A stretch of 32,000 nt of DNA. Origin: Chrysotila carterae (taxonomy: Eukaryota). The stretch is taken from contig BAAGDD010003710.1 of NCBI GenBank assembly GCA_054660715.1, positions 135,001 to 167,000 of the forward strand, read 5' to 3'. The notes below the pieces were generated by a model, which worked only from the letters and a program-made list of their open reading frames with translations, was not told the origin of the DNA and searched no databases. Both the position numbers and the translations under genes were made by a program. Below are positions 23,101 through 29,100 of the stretch, in pieces (the stretch's first letter is position 1; the number at the start of each line of letters is the position of its first letter).

Positions 23101-26100
23101 CTCCTCGCCGTCATCTCTCATCACGGGGCACAGCGCGAGCGAGCCGCATGCCTCTGCACGAGCATATCCGTCAGCGCGACTGTCGAATGTGTGAGAGCGA
23201 CCGAGTGCCGAAGTCATTCCCGCCACCGCAAAGCTTGCACCTACTGTCGGCGTCAGCATCAAGTTGACGCCCAAGACGAGGGCCAGGGTACACTCTCTCA
23301 GCTGGAGAGCGCGCAAGCCTGCGTGACAGGCGACGAGCGCCGCCGAGCACGCCGTGTCATACGAGATGCAGGGACCGTGCAGCCCAAGCACGTACGACAA
23401 ACGACCCGACGCGATCGAGTGGCTTGTTCCCGTCGCCGAGTACACGCTGTTTCTGATGGGCAGTGTCGCAAGCACTTCTTCGAAATCCGAGCTGGCGATG
23501 CCGAGAAAAACACCGGAGAGACTGCCACTAATATCCGCTCTGCGGACGCTCGCCGCATGCAGCGCTGCGTACCCGTGCTCAAGAAGCAGCCGCTGCTGCG
23601 GATCCATGGCTGCAGCCTCCGCAGGTGAGATGGCGAAGGCCGCACTATCCGCAAGCTCAGCCCCGTGGACGAAGCCGCCATACCGCATGCGGCTGGCTGC
23701 GGGCTCAGGCAATGCAGGAGCAGCCGACAGGTCCCATCGCGTCAGAGGCACCTCCTCAATCGCGTCGGCTGCAGCAGCCACCAGATGCCACGCGGAAAGC
23801 GTCGTCGCTGCCCCTCCAGGCAACCGAGCACTAAGACCAGCAGCAGCAGCCGCAGCACCCAGCTCCAGTTGAGGCGGCCTTCCCAACGTGCGCTCCACAT
23901 CAGCTCCGGCGAGGGCTTCTGCGCTGACGCTGGTAGATGGAACGAGCGCAGCTGCCAGTTGCCGCGCGGTCGGGTGATCAAAGATGAGCGTGCTCGGCAG
24001 AGTGACGCTGTCGCCGGCTGCGCGCTGCAGGATGTTCCGCAACTCGACCGCGCCAAGCGAGTCGATCCCTCCCTCCATCAAAGGCGCATCCGCATCAAGT
24101 GCAGAGCCCGCAACCTGCTGAGCTGCCTGTAGTACTGTGCTAAACGAAAGTGCAGCAGGTACCATCTCTTGTGTTCGGCCGGCACGAGCCTCTGCATTGC
24201 TGGGCGCAGCCTGCACGGGCATGCCAACGTCGGTTAGAAATGGTGGCGCGCGCTGGACTCCTTGAAGCACGCGCCTCCAGTCAATGGGAGCCATGCCCAG
24301 CACTGATGGCGAGCTCGGCTGCAGCGCGGCACCAAGAGCAACGAGCCCTCGAGCCAGACTGATTCGACCAAAGCCCGAGGCAGCTTCCATTGCTTCGAGG
24401 CGCTTAGCTGCTTCCCCACGAGCAGCCATACCGACCTCGGCCCACGGACCCCACTGCACGCTGACACAAGCCTGCCCCCGCGACCGAGTATGTGCAGCGA
24501 GCGCATCGAGGCTGGAGTTGGCAGCACTATAGTTTGCTTGTCCGGCACCGCCAAGTAACGCCGCCACTGAGGAAAAGAGCACGCAAGCGCGCAGCTCATG
24601 CGAATTGCACGCAGCGCGCAGTGTAGCTGCTCCGTCCGCCTTCGGTGCGTGCACGGAACGGAGAGCGCCGTCGGTCTGCTTCGAAAGCACGCCGTCCGCC
24701 AGCACCCCTGCCGAGTGCCACACGCCTCGTAGCGGCAGCAGCTCGTTCCGAAGCACGCTGAAAAGGCTGCGGGCCTCGCTCGTCTCTGACGCATCGCACC
24801 GCACCACAAAGCCAACCGCATCACTCGCGCGAATGCGAGGCCATTCATCGCGCGCACTGCCGGTGAGCACGCCCGATCGAGACGCTAGTACCACCTCTGA
24901 CGCGCCGCGGCAAGCAAGCCAGCGAGACGTGAGCAGCCCGAGACCACTAAGGCCGCCCAACACGACATGTGCACCGGACGCAGCAGACTTGGACTCACTC
25001 CGCGCCGTGCAAACCCGCAACACCACCTTCCCAATGTTGCGCCCGCTCTGGAGAAACCGGAACGCGGCCTCAAACTGCGTTTCAAGGTCGAAGCTGCTCA
25101 GCGGCAAGCTACTCGTCAGTTTCATGCCTGCACGGCGAGACAGCAGCTCCAAAACGGAGTGCATCCAGACGGTGTCAGCAGCCATGTCGGCATCCAGAGC
25201 GATCGCGCGATACGACACCGATGGTGCTGCGGCGCTGCAGCGCAAGTCCGCCCAGATCGCCCTCTTCCCTATCTCACCGAAGCACGCTCGCTCGCCAAGC
25301 ACCGCAAATGAAGCCGAGATGAAGTCTCCCGAGAGGCTGTTCAGCGCCGCGCGCGCACGAGTTGCACACAACATCGTAGCAAGCCCTCGCCCACACGCAG
25401 CGCCATCGCGAGAGCTGCACAGAGCCCCGACACCGCCTGACCGTAGCAACTCGTGCTTGGCTGGCCGGCCGGCGCTGCCGATGCACTGAGAATGCAGCCA
25501 GTGCGCGTACTCGACAGCCTTGAGACCGACGCCGCCCGCAGCAGCCTGAACGATGATCAGATCTGAAGCCCGCAAGGCCGAGCGCTCCAGAGCTACGTGC
25601 ACAGTGCTCCACGTGACTGGCAGCGTAGACGCCTCCTCGAAGGAGAGCGCTGATGGCTTCCGTGCGAGTAGCAGGGAGCTGCTCAATGCAAAGCAAGCGA
25701 GCGGCGCGCTGCCGATTCCAAACATCGCATCACCAGCCGAGTATTGGCATGGACGCGCAGCCGTCTCAATCTCGCCAGCACAGTCCGCGCCAGGCGGTCC
25801 TGGATCGCCAGGGTACTCTCCAAGAACATTGAGCACGTCTCGAAAGTTAAGACCCACTGCACGCACACGGAGTACGACAAAGCCCGCAGCAGGAGCATCA
25901 GGCATGACCTGCGGCTCGAGGCGCAGATTGCTGATGGCCCCGCGCCCACGCAATTCAAGCCGCACTGCGCCAACCGGCGCAGGCCGCAGCGGAGCCAAGC
26001 GGCTCACCAAGCAGGCCGGCCGCCCACAAACAAATTCGAACTCTCCCGCAGCGATCTCCTCTCCTCGTGAAGCGACGAATGACAACAGCGACGCAGGGAG

Positions 26101-29100
26101 CGACCAACAGTCTCTCAGATCTGCACAGATCAACGGCAGCTGTGCCTCTGCGCGCGCCGAGCGCGCAAAGCCCCACAGGCCTCCGTGCGTCGGATCCGAC
26201 GCGCACGAGCCAGCAGTCTGCTGCACTCCGCGGCACAAGAGCCACACGGCAGGCGGGCTTGGCGTGAGTGCCTGGCGTTGCACTAGGACGAGCACGCTGC
26301 TGAGGACCGAGAGCGAGCTCGCACGCGCTCGACACAGACCGGACACAACGGCGACCGCCGCCCAGCTGCCGAGAGCGGCGGGCATCATGGGCCGTCGAGC
26401 GCCCGCATCGACGCCGCCACCTGCTGCTCCTACATGGCTTCGCGAGGTGCAGCCGAGCAGCAGCACGCAGGCCGCGGCTGACGTCTCCGGGACGAAAGTC
26501 GAAGGCCTCCAGTCAGTGGCGTACAGGTGCTCGACGACCGCCGCGGCGCTCTTGAGACTGCGCACCTTGAAGCCGGAAAGCTGCGCACCAGACGAGCCTC
26601 GAAGACCGCCGAGCCGCACCGACATCGCGTCGGCGCCGGTCGCTGCGACCACCTGCGTGCGCACATCCGCAACACGCCATCCGCGTTATCCGCAAAGACA
26701 CCGACACAAGAAATAGCGCTCCATCGACATGCTATTCACATGCATGCTGCAAGCAACGCGAGGGGCGTCACAGGCGCACCGTCCACAGCTCTCCAGCAGC
26801 ATCGCCGAGGACTGCAGTGTCGACCGCAAACGGCAAGCGCGTCTCGCTGCTGCCATCGCCGGCTCGGCCTGCACTGCTGCGGCTCATCGCAAGCATCGTC
26901 AGCTGCAGTGCGCCATCGAGGTCCGCAGGGTGCACGCAGGTACCTTCGCGACGTGCGCGCGGTCGCAGTCTCGCGACTGCGGAGCCCGCAGAGCTGCGAG
27001 CAGCCCACAACTGCGTCAGCACCTGGAACGCCTGTCCGTACTCGAGACCGAGGGAGTGGAACGCGGCGTACACGACACGCGGCGCGACCGCGTGCGCGCC
27101 TCGACAGGCACGCGACCAACCGCTCAGTGGACACACACTCAGTGCGTCTGCACGTGCCGCCGTCATGGTGCCAGTGCAATGGACGGTGGCTTCGGAGAGC
27201 GCATCTGCCTCAAGGACGCCGCTGCGCAGCTCAAATCGGCCGTCGACCGCTTCGCACTCAAGGTACTTGCCATCGGAGACCACAAAGGGCTGCAGGAAGA
27301 ACACGCCACTGAGACTCGCTCTGGCGCTGCCGTCGCCAAAAGACGACCTCGCGTCTGTGCTTTGGCTGGCAGAGTAGAGCGCACGCGCCGTCTCCAAATA
27401 GCCTGCGCCGGGGAAGACTACCTGTCCCGACACCACGTGGTCGTGGACCAGCGCGAACAGCTGACCGGCGCATGCGGATCGGTACACGACGGAGGTACTC
27501 GCAAGTAAGCCAGTTGTAGTGGACTGAAGGAATGGGCTCGAATCCTGACGCCATGCTACCCGTCTGGAAGATGTCAAGCGCTTATGGGCTCCTTCAGTCT
27601 CTTCAAATTCACAAATGGCGATAGCTTGCTTAATACGAAGTACAGCATGGGCAATGGTCCCACTGTAACCGAAAGAGCTCACGCCAGCAGAAAGATCGCC
27701 CTCAGCTAGCAACGCTGCGTTGGCAGCAGTAAATGCGTAAGCACCTCCTGATAAGGACGTCGCCACGTGTTTGTTTAGAATGCGTAGCTGCGCATTTGAA
27801 ACTGCAACTCGATTGTGCAATGATAAGCTTAGCTTGACAAGTCCTGTAGCACCCGCCGCAGGCTCAGCATGGCCAATGTTTGCCTTGACGCCGCCGACTG
27901 AGAGCGAGGTCCCGGCGGCCATTGCCGCTGCGGGCAGCGCAGATGCCAGCGAGCCCGCCTCTATAGGATCGCCCAAGGCAGTGCCAGTACCGTGCGCCTC
28001 GACGAGGGCAATGGCAGCAGAGCTCACCGATGCATCTGCAATCGCGGCGAGTAGGACGCCGCGCTGGGCCTGGCCATTTGGAGCTGTCAGACTGGCAGAA
28101 CGACCATCTTGCCGCACGGCCATGCCCGTCAGTAGCACCGGAGCAGCAGACTCCTCGCCGTCATCTCTCATCGCTGGGCACAGCGCGAGCGAGCCGCATG
28201 CCTCTGCACGAGCATATCCGTCAGCGCGACTGTCGAATGTGTGAGAGCGACCGAGTGCCGAAGTCATTCCCGCCACCGCAAAGCTTGCACCTACTGTCGG
28301 CGTCAGCATCAAGTTGACGCCCAAGACGAGGGCCAGGGTACACTCTCTCAGCTGGAGAGCGCGCAAGCCTGCGTGACAGGCGACGAGCGCCGCCGAGCAC
28401 GCCGTGTCATACGAGATGCAGGGACCGTGCAGCCCAAGCACGTACGACAAACGACCCGACGCGATCGAGTGGCTTGTTCCCGTCGCCGAGTACACGCTGT
28501 TTCTGATGGGCAGTGTCGCAAGCACTTCTTCGAAATCCGAGCTGGCGATGCCGAGAAAAACACCGGAGAGACTGCCACTAATATCCGCTCTGCGGACGCT
28601 CGCCGCATGCAGCGCTGCGTACCCGTGCTCAAGAAGCAGCCGCTGCTGCGGATCCATGGCTGCAGCCTCCGCAGGTGAGATGGCGAAGGCCGCACTATCC
28701 GCAAGCTCAGCCCCGTGGACGAAGCCGCCATACCGCATGCGGCTGGCTGCGGGCTCAGGCAATGCAGGAGCAGCCGACAGGTCCCATCGCGTCAGAGGCA
28801 CCTCCTCAATCGCGTCGGCTGCAGCAGCCACCAGATGCCACGCGGAAAGCGTCGTCGCTGCTCCTCCAGGCAACCGAGCACTAAGACCAGCAGCAGCAGC
28901 CGCAGCACCCAGCTCCAGTTGAGGCGGCCTTCCCAACGTGCGCTCCACATCAGCTCCGGCGAGGGCTTCTGCGCTGACGCTGGTAGATGGAACGAGCGCA
29001 GCTGCCAGTTGCCGCGCGGTCGGGTGATCAAAGATGAGCGTGCTCGGCAGGGTCACGCTGTCGCCGGCTGCGCGCTGCAGGATGTTCCGCAGCTCGATCG

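Larger units (their letters stand above)
18457..26652 (-). repeat. Tandem unit, long type (8196 bp), copy 2
   Basis: Near-identical to 10260..18456; the 1-bp length difference is in the intron. Confidence 0.93.
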
